Under the pieces are notes generated by a model. That model saw only the letters and a program-made list of their open reading frames with translations, was not told the origin of the DNA and did not search any database. A DNA stretch of 64,000 nucleotides from the NCBI GenBank assembly GCA_963708295.1, contig CAVPSJ010000011.1:64001-128000 (forward strand), written 5' to 3'. Source of the DNA: an uncultured delta proteobacterium (GTDB taxonomy: Bacteria > Desulfobacterota > BSN033 > UBA1163). Below, one piece after another: positions 50,476-62,438 of the stretch (within the stretch, counting starts at the first letter, position 1; every line of letters starts with the position of its first letter). A program made the position numbers and the translations under genes.

Positions 50476-52510
50476 TTGGCCAAATCGATGAGTCTTCTAT
50501 TGGAATTCGCTTGTATCCTTGGTTTCGGAGCAGCCTGCTGGGCTGGAGGAGATCTTTTACGTAAGCTCTTTTTCAGCGAACCGTTGCCAATCATAGCCCG
50601 ACATGCTCTTGCCTTCACCGCAGGGAATGTAGCCTTTTCCTATTTTCTCACAGCTTTAGGATTCTTAGGGTTATATATGCCGTGGGTGCTCAAGACGGTG
50701 TTTTTTGCCGGAATCGGTCTAGCTTTTTGGAATATTTTCATGGCACAAAGGGCATTTTTTCCGAAATTGGCGAAGAGGTTGTTGCCTCACCGAAAAGGAG
50801 TTTTGGCCTCGACCGACATTCAGATAGTAGAGAACGATCCTGAAAGAAGAATCTGCTTATCATATGAGAATGAAGTCCCACGAGATAAAAGGGATGGGGC
50901 GATAGCCTTTTTTGTTATGGCTGCCATGGTCATGCTTTTTCTCATTCCTGCGATTCTTCAAGCAGGAGCTCCACCGTATGTCCGGGACTCTCTGGTCTAT
51001 CACCTGCTATGCCCAAAAGAATATTTGAAAGCAGAGCGCCTCGTGCATATCCAGGGAAACATTTTCTCGGCATTTCCCAAAGGACACGAAGTCCTGATGA
51101 CCCTTCTTTTATCCAATGCAGGCGACCGTGCGGCTCAAGGGTTCTCGGTCCTCCAACAGGTTGCTGCGATTGGTGAATCTTTACAGCTTGACTTATCTGA
51201 TCGCTGGACCCTGGCCGGCCGCACTGTGCACGCTTGGATACGCTACCGTTCCCCCTGTCATGTACTTCACTGGGTGCGGTTATGTCGAGCCAGCGCTTCT
51301 CATGACCCTTGGAGGCTGCCTATTGGTCCTCGTCCTTTCCACTCGATCCGGAAGGGAAACGAACATGGCTGGAAGCATGAGATTCGGACCTATTTCGTTG
51401 ATTGGGTTCCTGGCGGGTTGGATGGCTGCGCTCAAATATAGTGGATTGATTTACCTCGGGTTGATCGGACTGATCCTCTTATGGAGCCAGAGAAAGAGCA
51501 CTTCTAATGAAAGCACTAAGCATGATCGGAGTGTTCAGCCTTTCAGCAGTGCCTGGTCTTTGCTGGATGGGATGGAACTGGATCATCTTGGGCAATCCAG
51601 TGTATCCCATGGCTTGGTTTCTCTTTGGTGGAAAAGGTTGGGATGAAACCAGGTCAGCTCGCAATGTCCCAGTATTTTGATATTTATGGAATGGGAAGGA
51701 ATCTGCTGGACTATCTTTTGCTGCCGTGGAGGCTGGCCTTCTCGGGAAGATTTGACACGATCCGTTTCGACGGCGCCATAGGACCATTCCTAATTCTTGC
51801 TGTCATTCTGGCCATGGTTTCGGCCATACTTATGGTTCGTCGCCGATTGACGGGGAGTATGCTGAAGGGAATAGGATTGATGTTTATAGTCTCCGCTGCA
51901 TTTTTTCTGTTTCGGAACCCAGCAGGTCAGGTTTTGGTTACCTTCTCAAATGCTGGCTTGTGCTTTTGCCGCTCCTTCGGTAGGGCTTCTCGTAAACTGG
52001 GCAGGAAGGAAACATGCCGTAAAGATGGTACTTTTCCTGGTTCTCATTGGCTCCCTTACTTGGAACATATGGTTCCTTGGTCAGCAGTTTCTTAAGATTG
52101 GATTCTACAGGCCGGTCCTGGGCATGGAGCAGGAGAAGGATTTTCTGATTCGAAAAGTTCCGGGTTACCCAGCCCTGGAGTTTATCAATCAAAACCTACC
52201 CCCACGTTCTTACTTGCTTTGCGTGTGGACAGGAGCATATGGGTATTACTTAAACCGCAAGTACTATTCCGATACTTTCATAGAAGACATCACTCTAAAG
52301 GAATTCATTCACGCATCGGTCAACGGAGAAGAACTGTCCAAAAGGTTGACCCAAGCTGGATTTACTCACCTTTTCTTGAATCTCTCCATATTGGAAAAAA
52401 ACATGGAGCAAAGCGAACGAGTTATCTTTGGTTACTTTTTGAAGAAAGAAACCCGTGAGCTTTTTCGGGACCAGAATTATCGGGTGCTCGAGATCCGTCG
52501 GCAATATAAC
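50476..52510 (+). CDS. GT-C-like (ArnT/PMT-type) multi-TM protein, split by about three frameshifts
   Basis: Consecutive overlapping ORFs with DSLVYHL, FSAFP, KYSG and GNPVYP motifs and many TM helices; 3' end approximate. Confidence 0.65.
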
Positions 52511-52543
52511 CGATTACAGGTCTTTTCGTCTTATCTTCGGAAT

Positions 52544-54152
52544 TCATTTCCATCTCTGGCCTTTTGTCAAACAAAGATCCCTCATCCGTTCAACTTCATT
52601 AATCGGCATGTCAATTCCCTTCTCATCCGGGGGATTGAGGATCCCAAAGAAAAAGATACATGGAAGCATCTGTCGGAAATTTGTTGAAATTAAGAAAACT
52701 TCCATCGAAGTATCCCTTCAAAACACATGGAGAATTCCCTTTGATCTTGCTTCGCGGTTCTTTTCCCTCCAATAATCCATAACGGCCTCCGTCAGCAAGA
52801 TACTGAGTGCAACAGGTTTTGGAATAATAGATCGTATATCGTTTTATTCTTATAAACAAAAGATTTCCTGAATTCAATCTCATTTTCTGAAACCTTATAA
52901 TAAGGAATCTCATAGTGCCGTTTCTCCGGATAAACCCCAAAATAATGAAGTATGCCTGGGGTATAGGCCATGTCGCTATCGAAAAGTTTGTCTCCTTCTC
53001 GGAGTTGGCCTTTTAAATAATTGACTAAGCCTCTGAAATCTTCCTTCTCAGCGCGGTAATAAAGTGGAAGGATCACGAGATTAGATGCGATAAAAAGGAT
53101 GACAAAGAGGAGTCTCAATCGTACGAATCTTCTTTAATTTTTCAAATCTATTTTCAATGGCACTAAGTGACAGGTACAGAGTAATAAAAAAAAGAGGTAA
53201 GAAACTAATAAAATACCTGGAGGTGATGAAATGAGAAATATTAAATAACCTACAATACAGGTATAGTCCACCAATCGGTAGGATGAAAACGCTCAGGAGA
53301 ATAAGGGCATTCGTCCGAGATTTTGAAAAGAAAAACAAAAAAATTAAAAGGATCACCGAAACAATCGTGAGAGGTGCATAAGGTGCCCAATCATTTAAAA
53401 TACCAGATAAAATATCCCAAAAGGAGAGACAAGACTTTGAGTTCATAAGGATGCGGCATAGTGGCTGGCCACGGTAGTTTAGTGCCAGAAAAAGTATCCA
53501 GGGAAGACAGAGGAAAAAGAAGGATACCATTTAAGATTAAGAAGGAATAAAGACTCGGTCTTTTATTATCCTCATTTACTCGATAGAACCATAAGATCTG
53601 GGATAGGGCAATAAATGGGATGGAGCTGTAACTCGTGTAAAATAACGTCGCAAACGAAAAGGAGGTCAATACCAAATATCGCTTTTCTGAATGTCTTCAG
53701 GTACTTCATAAAAAAATAAAGACTCAACATTCCTAAAAACATCAGTGAGTGAATAGGCTCGTCCATCCTGAGAGAGGCTGATGTGGTAGGCCATGAAGGT
53801 TAAAGAGAAAGTGCAAGGGAGGGCAATGCGCGGAGAAAATTGTCTCGCAAGAAGATAGATCATGGGGATGGAAAGGGTTCCAAAGATCAAGGGAATGATA
53901 CGGAGGTCTCTTTCCGGCTTTGTAAAATGGATAGAACTGGTGGGTGAGGATGAAGAAAAGAGGAGGGTGAAGGTATGAGGGATTCTCCTTGTAAAAATTT
54001 AATTGACCTCTGATATCATCCCTCGAATCATTGAAGGTATGGATTTCATCTATCCAGAGGGATTTTCGATCAAAGGTGTAGAATCGTAGGGCAAAGCCTA
54101 TGAGAAGACAAAAAATGACGACAAGAATTTCTTTTCGTTTTACATAGCTCAT
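52544..54152 (-). CDS. GT-C/PMT-like (family 39-like) glycosyltransferase, copy 1; multiply frameshifted
   Basis: KSLWIDE, HPPLFF, SQDGRAYSL, YYRAEKEDFRG, FPTDASMYLFLWDP. Confidence 0.7.
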
Positions 54153-54179
54153 AACAGAAAATCTCAATTGTTATATCTT

Positions 54180-54248
54180 TCTACTCAATCCTGGTGTTAG
54201 CACTTAGTCCTTATTACCCAGTACTCAGTCCCTTTCACTCAATCCTCC
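54180..54248. repeat. Short degenerate direct repeats (ACTCA[A/G]TCC-like)
   Basis: actcaatcc, acttagtcc, actcagtcc, actcaatcc between GT copies 2 and 1. Confidence 0.45.
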
Positions 54249-55848
54249 TTAATCAATCGGCATGTCAATCCCCTTTTCTCCGGGCGATTGGGGATCCCAG
54301 AGAAAAAGGTACATGGAGGCATCGCTTGGAAATCGTCTGAAGTTGGCAAAACTTCCATCAAAATACCCCTTCAAAACACAGGGGAAATTGTTCTTGATCT
54401 CCTTCGCGGCCTCTTTCCCGGTAAGGATCCATAAGTCGGTTTCCATCTGCAACATATTGGGCGTAGGGGATATTGGAATGGATATATCGTAAAGACTCTG
54501 TCCTTGGGAAATCAGAGATACTCTAAATTCAAACTCCTTTCCAGGAGTTCTTCCATGACAAAGGGGATTTCGTAATGGCGGTTTTGTGGATACACTCTAA
54601 AATAATGAAGTATTCCCGGAATATACGTTAAGGTATTGACAAAAATCTTATCCCCATCTCTGAGTTGGCTATTTAGATAATTCACCAAACCTCTGAAGTC
54701 TTGTTTCTCGGAGCGATAGTAGAGGGGTAACATCACCAGATTGGATGCGATAAAAAGAATTACGAAGAGGAGGTTTAGATCGGATAAGTTTTCTTAATTT
54801 TCCAAACCTCGCTTCAATAGCATCGAGTGATAAGAATAAAGCAATAAAGAAAAGAGGGAAGAAAATTGATAAAATACCTCGATGTGATGAACTGGGTAAC
54901 ATTTAATAATTTACAATATAAATAAAGTCCACCAATCGGAAGAACGAAAACGCCCAAAAGAATGATAGCATTGCTTCTATTTTTTGAAAAAAAAGGAAAA
55001 AGGATTAGGAAGATGATAGAAATGACCATCAAAGGTAAATGCGGCACCCAGTCATTTAAGATTCCATATACCATTGCGGAAAAGGAACCAAGGTCTTGGA
55101 GACGCGAAGGGATCCATGACAGGTTGACCGTGGTAATTCAAACCAAGAAAAAGAAGCCAGGGAAGACAGAGGAAGAGAATGATGCCGTTGAAGATTAGAA
55201 AGGAGGAGAAAGCGTGGTTTCCTATTATCTTCCCTCAATCGGTAGAACCAGAGAATCTGGGATAGGACAATAAATAGAATAGAGCTGTAACTCGTATAAA
55301 ATAAAGTGGCGAAAAAGAATGCAGCAGGAATCAGGTATCGTCTTTCTGAAGTTTGCAGATGCCTCATAAAAAAATAGAGACCTGCCATTCCAATGAACAT
55401 GATCAATGAATAAGGACGGCCATTCTGGGAAAGATAGATATGATAGGTCATGAAAGTCAAAGAAACGGTACAAGGGATTGCGATATTCGGGGAGAACTGC
55501 CTTGAAAGTAGATAAATCATCGGTATTGACAGATATTCCGAAAATTAAAGGGATGATACGAAGATCTCGTTCTGGTTTTGTAAACGGATAGAATGAATGG
55601 GTGAGAACAAAAAAAAGAGGAGGGTGAAGGTAGGTTGGGTTTTCTTTGTAATACTTTAGCTGGTTTTGGATGCCATCTCTCGAATCATTGAAAGTATGGA
55701 TTTCATCAATCCAGAGGGATTTTTGATCGAAGGTGTAAAATCTTAAGGCGAAAGCTATGAGAACGCAAAGACAAAGAATAAGAATTTCCTTCTTTTTGAT
55801 CTTATCCAAAGATTGAAGTTTGATTTCCATAATGGAAGAGATCTCCAC
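54249..55848 (-). CDS. GT-C/PMT-like glycosyltransferase, copy 2; multiply frameshifted
   Basis: Paralog of copy 1: KSLWIDE, HPPLFF, SQNGRPYSL, FPSDASMYLFLWDP. Confidence 0.7.
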
Positions 55849-55973
55849 TCCGAATACTTAATCGCCCTTTTTGAAGGGGGTTTGCGCAACTATGGTCGAT
55901 TTCCCATCGACTTTTATTCAATAGCACGTGTCCTGTTCTCACAGTATTGCAGGGGTTTGCCACCTCCTAAATG

Positions 55974-56490
55974 TCACTCAATCGGGCATACCAATTCCAT
56001 TTTCCCCTGCCGATTGGGGATCCCAAAGAAAAAGCTATATAGAAGCATCAGTTGGAAACCGGTTAAAATTGAGGAAGGCTTCCATCAAAATATCCTTGAG
56101 GGTCAAGGAAAGGGTACATGGCAGAGCGATACGACGAGAAAGTAATCTTGAAAGAAAATAAATCATGCGTATTGAGAGGATACCAAAGATCATAGGAAGG
56201 ATGCGGAGGTCCCTTTCTGGTTTTGTAAATGGAAAGAGGAAATGGGGAAGAGCAAACAATAGAGGAGGATGGAGATGATAGGGTTTTTCTTCATAAAATG
56301 TTAATTGTTCTTTGAGCCCATACTTTGCTTCATTAAGCGTATAGATTTCGTCCAGCCGAAGGGATTTTTCCTCGAAGGTGTAGCAGCGAAGAGCAAAGCC
56401 CATGAGTAAACAAAGGATGAGGATAATTATTTCCTTTCGGCTTGCCCTATTTTCAACGGAATGACTGAAATCCATTGGGTCCAATCTCAT
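55974..56490 (-). pseudogene. GT-C/PMT-like copy 3 with a large internal deletion
   Basis: The N-terminus up to IALPCTLSLT is fused at about 56102 to the C-terminal FLNFNRFPTDASI; premature TAG; about 0.5 kb versus about 1.6 kb for the paralogs. Confidence 0.75.
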
Positions 56491-57281
56491 TTCTTAGCAA
56501 GACAGTAAATAGATACGCCAAAAGGGAATGAAAAATATTTAAGTAAATAAGGTTCGAGTGAAAAAATTGTTTTTAGAAACAAATTGATTAAAGGAAAATT
56601 TATCTTATTTTCTGACTCAATTTTCGATCCGAGGAGTTGAATCAGGCGTCTGGCAAGCAAGATAGGGAAGAAGAGAAAGAAATTGAAATAGGAGGACTTC
56701 ATTATCTTAAACCCTTCCTGCCGCAATTTGTTCACAATTTCTGGCCTTGAATATCTTCTCTTATGAGCGGTAACTTCATCCTGAATTCCCCAGAGAAACT
56801 TGAAGGCCGGGACAGTTAAGATGAGCATTCCTCCTTTACTTAGTATCCGATAAAGTTCACTAATGCCCTTTGCGTCGTCATCCAAATGCTCAAGAATATC
56901 CATTGCAATAATAAGACCAATCGAGTTTGACTGTATGGGTAATTTATTTAAATCACCATTTAATAGAGGGACGTTAAATTTTTTCGAGATCAGGGATAGA
57001 ACGTAGATTGATCGATCTAATCCAATGGCATTTATTTCCGCTGAAAGCAATAATTTTAGATTTGAACCAGCTCCACAACCTATGTCGAGTGTCAAGGAAT
57101 TTATGGGAACATTTATAGATGATAAGATAGATTTTAGTAATCCCCTCCTTCCAACAAACCACCAGTGGAAGCTTTCCACCTCACTTTCGACATCATAAGG
57201 GGTTAGATTTGTTCCTATTTTGGATTTATTCATTAGATGGGTTTTTAGCATAAGTGATCGACAATGGTCAAATAGTACCAT
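56487..57281 (-). CDS. Class I SAM-dependent methyltransferase
   Basis: HWWFVGRR, LDIGCGAG, DILEHL, HKRRY; the true start may be downstream (MNKSKIG). Confidence 0.88.
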   Translation of the reverse strand: MVLFDHCRSLMLKTHLMNKSKIGTNLTPYDVESEVESFHWWFVGRRGLLKSILSSINVPINSLTLDIGCGAGSNLKLLLSAEINAIGLDRSIYVLSLISKKFNVPLLNGDLNKLPIQSNSIGLIIAMDILEHLDDDAKGISELYRILSKGGMLILTVPAFKFLWGIQDEVTAHKRRYSRPEIVNKLRQEGFKIMKSSYFNFFLFFPILLARRLIQLLGSKIESENKINFPLINLFLKTIFSLEPYLLKYFSFPFGVSIYCLAKK

Positions 57282-57722
57282 GGTTTCTCCTCTTTCAACT
57301 CAAAGAATCTGGCGCGCGCGAGGATTTCTAGCGGAGAGGAGGTACGAATACACAATTCCCTCATGGGAGGGGAGAGGAAAATATAATTTAAGGGAATGAA
57401 AAATTATAACATAATGATATTAAAGACTTAAGAATAGGAGGGCAATGCCAGTCGGAGTTGAATACTGTAGAAGGATCGATCTATAAAGGGCTTTGGAGGG
57501 CAACGGTTTAGGTATTGTGACAGCGAAAGGGATCATGGCTCGGTCTAAGATCTGAATAGCAAGAATTGTCATCCTGACAGACAAAAAGTGTAAATTTATG
57601 TTGACGTTTTATTCGGTACCAAGGAAATGAGCTTAATCGATCAGATTCTAAAGAAATATTAATATGCAATAATATCAGACTAGTTAGACCGTTCAATAGA
57701 TTTTCCGAATGACTTTAAGAAT

Positions 57723-57738
57723 TGGCACAAATTATGCT
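57723..57738 (+). promoter_or_regulatory. Sigma54 promoter of the major pilin gene
   Basis: TGGCAC-AAATT-ATGCT; pilA genes are typically RpoN/PilR dependent. Confidence 0.8.
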
Positions 57739-57874
57739 ATTTAAGAATTTCAAAATTACAATAAAGAAAAAGGAGGTGAAAGCTAAAAGGCAAATGTCCT
57801 GAACCGTTTTTGAGAGAATTCGATAATCTAAGCAGGCTTAGATTAGCCTAATAAACAAAAAGGAGGTTTAAATT

Positions 57875-58308
57875 ATGTTACGGAGAGAAAAAGGTTTTAC
57901 ATTGATTGAGTTGTTAATCGTTATCGCCATCATCGGTATTCTGGCAGCCATTGCCATTCCGATGTATAAGACACAAACGATCAAAGCGAAGACTGACCGA
58001 AGTCACAAATGGCATGAGTAATGTTGCAAGTGCTGTAGCAGCATACATGCAGGAAACAGGTGGTTGGCCTACTGCCACGGACTAAAGCATTAATTCAAAG
58101 CAGTTTGGGCGTTTCAACAGGTGCCCTTGGTAGAGTTTCTCTTATGGGTGTGAACAATGGAGTAATCACTGCGACAGTAACAGCCATTGATGCTACTGTT
58201 GATAACAAAGATTTAGTAATGCAGCCAACTTCAAATACGGATGGATCTATCACTTGGAATTGGACTACCAGCAACGGTATGCCACCGGCGTATATCCCCA
58301 AACGATAA
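57875..58308 (+). CDS. pilA: Type IV major pilin (frameshifted)
   Basis: [29 protein letters not shown]; AGGAGG SD; C-terminus [14 protein letters not shown]. Confidence 0.85.
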
Positions 58309-58323
58309 TCTAAGATCTCTGAT

Positions 58324-58380
58324 AATAATGTTGGTGCCTGAGGAATTGTTTAAGCGATATCTTTGGGCACCAACATTATT
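58324..58380 (+). terminator. Long stem-loop after pilA (terminator or mRNA stabiliser)
   Basis: Perfect 15-bp inverted repeat aataatgttggtgcc / ggcaccaacattatt. Confidence 0.7.
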
Positions 58381-58428
58381 TGATTTTGGAAGACAGAACC
58401 CTTTGTTTTGAGAAAGTAAGGGTTTTAA

Positions 58429-58871
58429 ATGAAAAAGAATAAATCAGGTTTCACACTGATCGAGATGTTGGTAGTGATCGCAATCATCGGCATTTTGGCT
58501 GCGGTTGCCCTTCCTCTTTATAAGGGTTATACAATAATGTCTAAATTATCTGAAGTGGAGAACGCGATGTCCACTGTTGCAAGTGGCGTTACAGGATATT
58601 ACGAAACTCAAAACTCTTGGCCTGATTGTCCTACGATACCTGCGGTTGGAAACAGCTTAGGAGTGGCATTGGGAGCTATCGGAAGGATTAATACACTATC
58701 GGTTTCAGGTGCAGATGGCAGATCACTGCGCAGGTACAAAATATTCATCCAATGGTGGATGGCAAGACATTGACATTGACACCCAGTACGGATACTGATA
58801 GTTCAATGACATGGACTTGGGGATGGTCCCCGGATTTTCCTCCCCAGTTTAGGCCTAAGGATGGTAGATGA
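58429..58871 (+). CDS. Second PilA-like type IV pilin (frameshifted)
   Basis: [24 protein letters not shown]; similar to pilA along its length (KLSEV..MSTVAS, SLGV..GAIGRI, TWTW). Confidence 0.8.
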
Positions 58872-59282
58872 AAATGTTTCCGATGAAATCCAATAGAGGA
58901 TTTACACTTATTGAATTATTGATCGTGGTAGCAATTATAGGAATACTTGCGGCAATTGCAATCCCCATGTATACAAATTACATGGTAAGGGCACGACGGG
59001 CCGATGCCAAAACGGCCTTGGAACAATTAAGAGCTGCTCAGGAGATGTGAAGGGCGGAGCAGGGAGTTATTCGACTAGTTTAGCACAACTTCAAACCACA
59101 TATGGGGTTCCAATTGTAGCTGGCCCCCCTGGGAGTACGGATTATGCTATCTTGTTGAACTCTGCGACTGCAAAGCTTTTTGGCGCAAGCGAATCCCACA
59201 TCATCAAGGCAGATTAGTGATGGAAGTTTATTTATTGACCAATAATGGTGTCAAAACCCCAGCCGTAAATGGGCCAAAGTAG
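58868..59282 (+). CDS. PilE-like minor pilin (frameshifted)
   Basis: [39 protein letters not shown]; ATGA overlap with the previous gene. Confidence 0.8.
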
Positions 59283-59414
59283 ATTTCAGATGATCGGAAA
59301 CTGTATAAAGCATAAGCGTCAAGTGAAAGAGAAAGCAAGATAATTCTATTTATCTTGCTTTTTTTGTTTAATCATTATAGTAAAGCTGCGAAAGGAGTTT
59401 TTACGGCTTTAAAA

Positions 59415-60358
59415 ATGGACCTTTCAATTGTTATTCCAATGTTTAATGAGGCTGAGAATGCAGAATCTACCCTGAACCGGGTTGAGGAGGCATTGGCTTC
59501 TTTCCATGGGACATATGAGATTATCGCAGTCAATGACGGAAGTCTCGATAATACCCTTGACATTTTGAATAGATTAGCGGAACAAGATGGGAAATTGAAA
59601 GTTGTTTCTTACTCGAAGAATGTCGGCCGTGGAATGGCATTAAAGAAAGGTTTTAAGGAATCGAGCGGAGAGATCATCGTTTCCATCGATGCTGATCTGA
59701 GTTACCATCCTCAATTACATAATCGATTTTGTTGAAACATTAAGAACAGAACAAGATATCGATTTTGTTCTTGCGTCTCCCTACATGCCAGGGGGAGGTG
59801 TCGAAAATGTACCATTTCTTCGCCTATGGATCAGCAAATTCGGGAACAAGATACTTCAGATTTGCCATGCCCAACCGGATTTATACTTCTACTGGAATCT
59901 TCCGCGCCTACCGGAAAAAGGTTCTTGATTCTCTTGAGCTTGAATCTGATGGGAAAGAGATCCATCTTGAAATTCTTTCTAAGGCATTAGCCCTTGGATA
60001 TCGTGTTAAAGAGAGCCCTGCGATATCTAACCAGTCGGAAAGAGAGGTAAATCCAAATTCAAATTTAGGAAAACGGCTATCTCCCATCTGGTTTTTTCTG
60101 TTTTTGAAAAACCCGATGATCATATTTGGTTTTATTGGTCTCTTAACTCTCGCGATTGGCTTCTTGATTGGCATATATATTGCCTATTTAAGATTTTCAG
60201 GAGACTTAACTCCTGGAAGACCATTAATCACATTTGCCATCTTATTGATTTTAGGAGGAATTCAGATACTTTCATTTGGATTTATTGCGATACAAATTGT
60301 TTCACTTCGTAGAGAGATTCTCCGTATTCAAAAGGAAAATCTGGAATTAAGAAAATGA
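59415..60358 (+). CDS. GT2 glycosyltransferase with C-terminal TM helices (frameshifted)
   Basis: IPMFNEA, NDGSLD, DADLSY, GIFRAYR, two TM helices. Confidence 0.85.
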
Positions 60359-60363
60359 TCTCC

Positions 60364-60781
60364 TAAGGAAGCCATGAAGGCAGGAAAGGTTTAGAACATA
60401 AGACTTGACCGATAAAATAATTGGTTGTGCTATTGAGGTTCACAAGAAATTGGGACCTGGTTTCTTGGAATCGATTTACGAAAATGCGTTTATTCTCGAA
60501 CTGAGAAGCACAAAAGTTACAAGTTGCAAGCGGCAACAAGAAGTCATCGTCAAATATGATGGTATTGAAGTCGGAAGGCACAGACTCGATCTCATTGTAA
60601 ACGATACTATCGTCGTTGAGTTGAAGGCAGTCAAAAATATTGAAGATGTCATTTCGCGATTGTGAAGTCTTATCTTAAAGCCCTGGGAAAGGAACATGGT
60701 TTAATCATAAATTTCTCCAAACCTGTTTTGGAGGTAAAAAGGGTTATTCATAAATAAATTCCTGTATTCCTGGCTTCCTTA
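60364..60781. mobile_element. Inverted-repeat-bounded cassette carrying a GxxExxY gene
   Basis: taaggaagccatgaaggcaggaa (60364-60386) versus ttcctgtattcctggcttcctta (60759-60781): 20 of 23 positions complementary. Mobility is inferred, not shown. Confidence 0.5.
60374..60757 (+). CDS. GxxExxY protein (PD-(D/E)xK-like; frameshifted)
   Basis: IIGCAIEVHKKLGPGFLESIYE, RLDLIV, VELKAV, SYLKA..GLIINF. Confidence 0.88.
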
Positions 60782-60901
60782 TTATAAGGAATGCAGGAAG
60801 GCATGAAAAAAGCATATTATTCCCGTAATTCTGGCCTTTATTTAAGTCCATGAAGCAAAATGACTTCGTTGTTCTGAATTCTCCTGTATTCATGACTTCT
60901 T

Positions 60902-62066
60902 ATGAGATTTTATTCCTTACTAATGCTTATCCTGATTTTGAATCCTCCTATCGGGGCATTTTTATAAAAAAAATGGCTTCGAACTGCTACGAGATGAGGA
61001 TATGAAATCTCTGTTGTTACTCCAAAGATTTATAAAGAGAGCCATTATTTTGAAGAACAGAATGGGATAAAGGTCTATCGTTTCCCCTTTTTTGCAAGAA
61101 ACAAACTCTTAATTGAATATAAAAAGATTCCATATTTGAGAATGATTCTTTATTACACTACTGGATTCTTCTTAACAATTTATGCAGTGCTCAAAAACAG
61201 ATGCAATCTGATTCATATTCATTGGGCAATTCCAACAGGACTTATCGGTGTTTGGGTTGGCACCCTTCTAAGAAAACCTCTTGTTGTTACGATTCACGGG
61301 TCTGATCTCAGGATGGCTCTTGAAAGATCCAGATTTGTTAGAAGGCTTTTTATTTATGTTTGCAAGAAGGCAGACCATCTCAATTGTGTTTCAGAGGTGC
61401 AGAAAAAAGAATTAGAACGATTGGGTGTCCCAAGTGAAAAAATCTCGACAATTCCAATGGGTATTGATGCAGCATTTTTAGACACCGGGAAGAATAGGGG
61501 AGTGGAATCGAGGAACAGACCTATCACAATTCTCAGCAATCGAAACCTTCTTCCGATCTATAATGTTTCTTTGTTGATTCGGGCCATTCCAATTGTCCTG
61601 AAAGAAGAGCCAGAAACAAAGTTTCTGATCGCTGGGGATGGAACTGAGAGAAAAGCTTTGGAAAGAGAAGTAGAGAGTTTGAATATCAATTCATCCGTAA
61701 AATTCTTGGGGCGGGTGCCCCACGAGGAGATGCCAAACCTTTTATCTCAAGCAGATATTTATGTATCGACCTCTCTCCACGATGGGACATCAGTTTCATT
61801 GCTTGAGGCAATGGGATCAGGAGCTTTTCCGGTGGTTACAGATATTCCAGCCAACAGGGAGTGGATTACTAATGGAGAAAACGGATTTCTTAGTTCCTGC
61901 AGATGAAGCAGAATCCTTAGCAAGTAAGATTATCGATGCTATTCGTAACCGTGAATTGTTAGAGAAAAGCCGAGAAAGAAATCGCTTAATTGTCGAGCAA
62001 AAGGCTCTCTGGCCCGAGTATATCAAAAGAGTTAAGAATATCTATGCAAATATTTTGAATTCATAA
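60902..62066 (+). CDS. GT4 glycosyltransferase (frameshifted)
   Basis: LTNAYP..GIFI, HIHWAIP, TIHGSD, DGTSVSLLEAM. Confidence 0.85.
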
Positions 62067-62075
62067 AGTTGGAAG

Positions 62076-62091
62076 TGGTATAGAAATTGCT
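62076..62091 (+). promoter_or_regulatory. Possible sigma54 promoter
   Basis: TGGTAT-AGAAA-TTGCT. Confidence 0.5.
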
Positions 62092-62438
62092 TATTTCTTT
62101 TCAATAATTACCAATTCAAACCTCGTGAGGAATCAATGTTTGGAGATTTTTTTTAATAATTTCAGATGCTTAAGATAATTATTATATTTTTTTCATTTTT
62201 GTGTTCAAGCGATGAACGGATTACAAAAATAGTCCTTTGATTTACAAAAGTTGCCAAACATATAGGTCAAGAGTCGATAGGTCAGGGTAAGGATGCCGGT
62301 TTGGTTAAAGGGCTATGTTGTTGGGCTTTAAGACCTTTTACATAACCATTTAACTATAGACCAAACTGGCTTCGTAGCCTTTACCCAAAACCATTTCCCG
62401 GTTCAATGGTTAAGAAGACTTAACGATCAGTCGCCAAA

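Noticed and set aside
52490-52687. C-terminal extension of ORF 51950-52687
   Set aside because: It reads antisense into the 3' end of GT-C copy 1 and is most likely read-through caused by an indel near 52505.
54180-54248. CRISPR array
   Set aside because: The repeats are about 9 nt, degenerate and irregularly spaced; there are no cas genes or regular repeat-spacer arrays in the window.
57875-59282. Geobacter-type truncated conductive e-pilin (for example the 60-aa ORF 58868-59050)
   Set aside because: The short ORFs result from frameshifts; pilin coding sequence continues in other frames to give proteins of about 130-145 aa.
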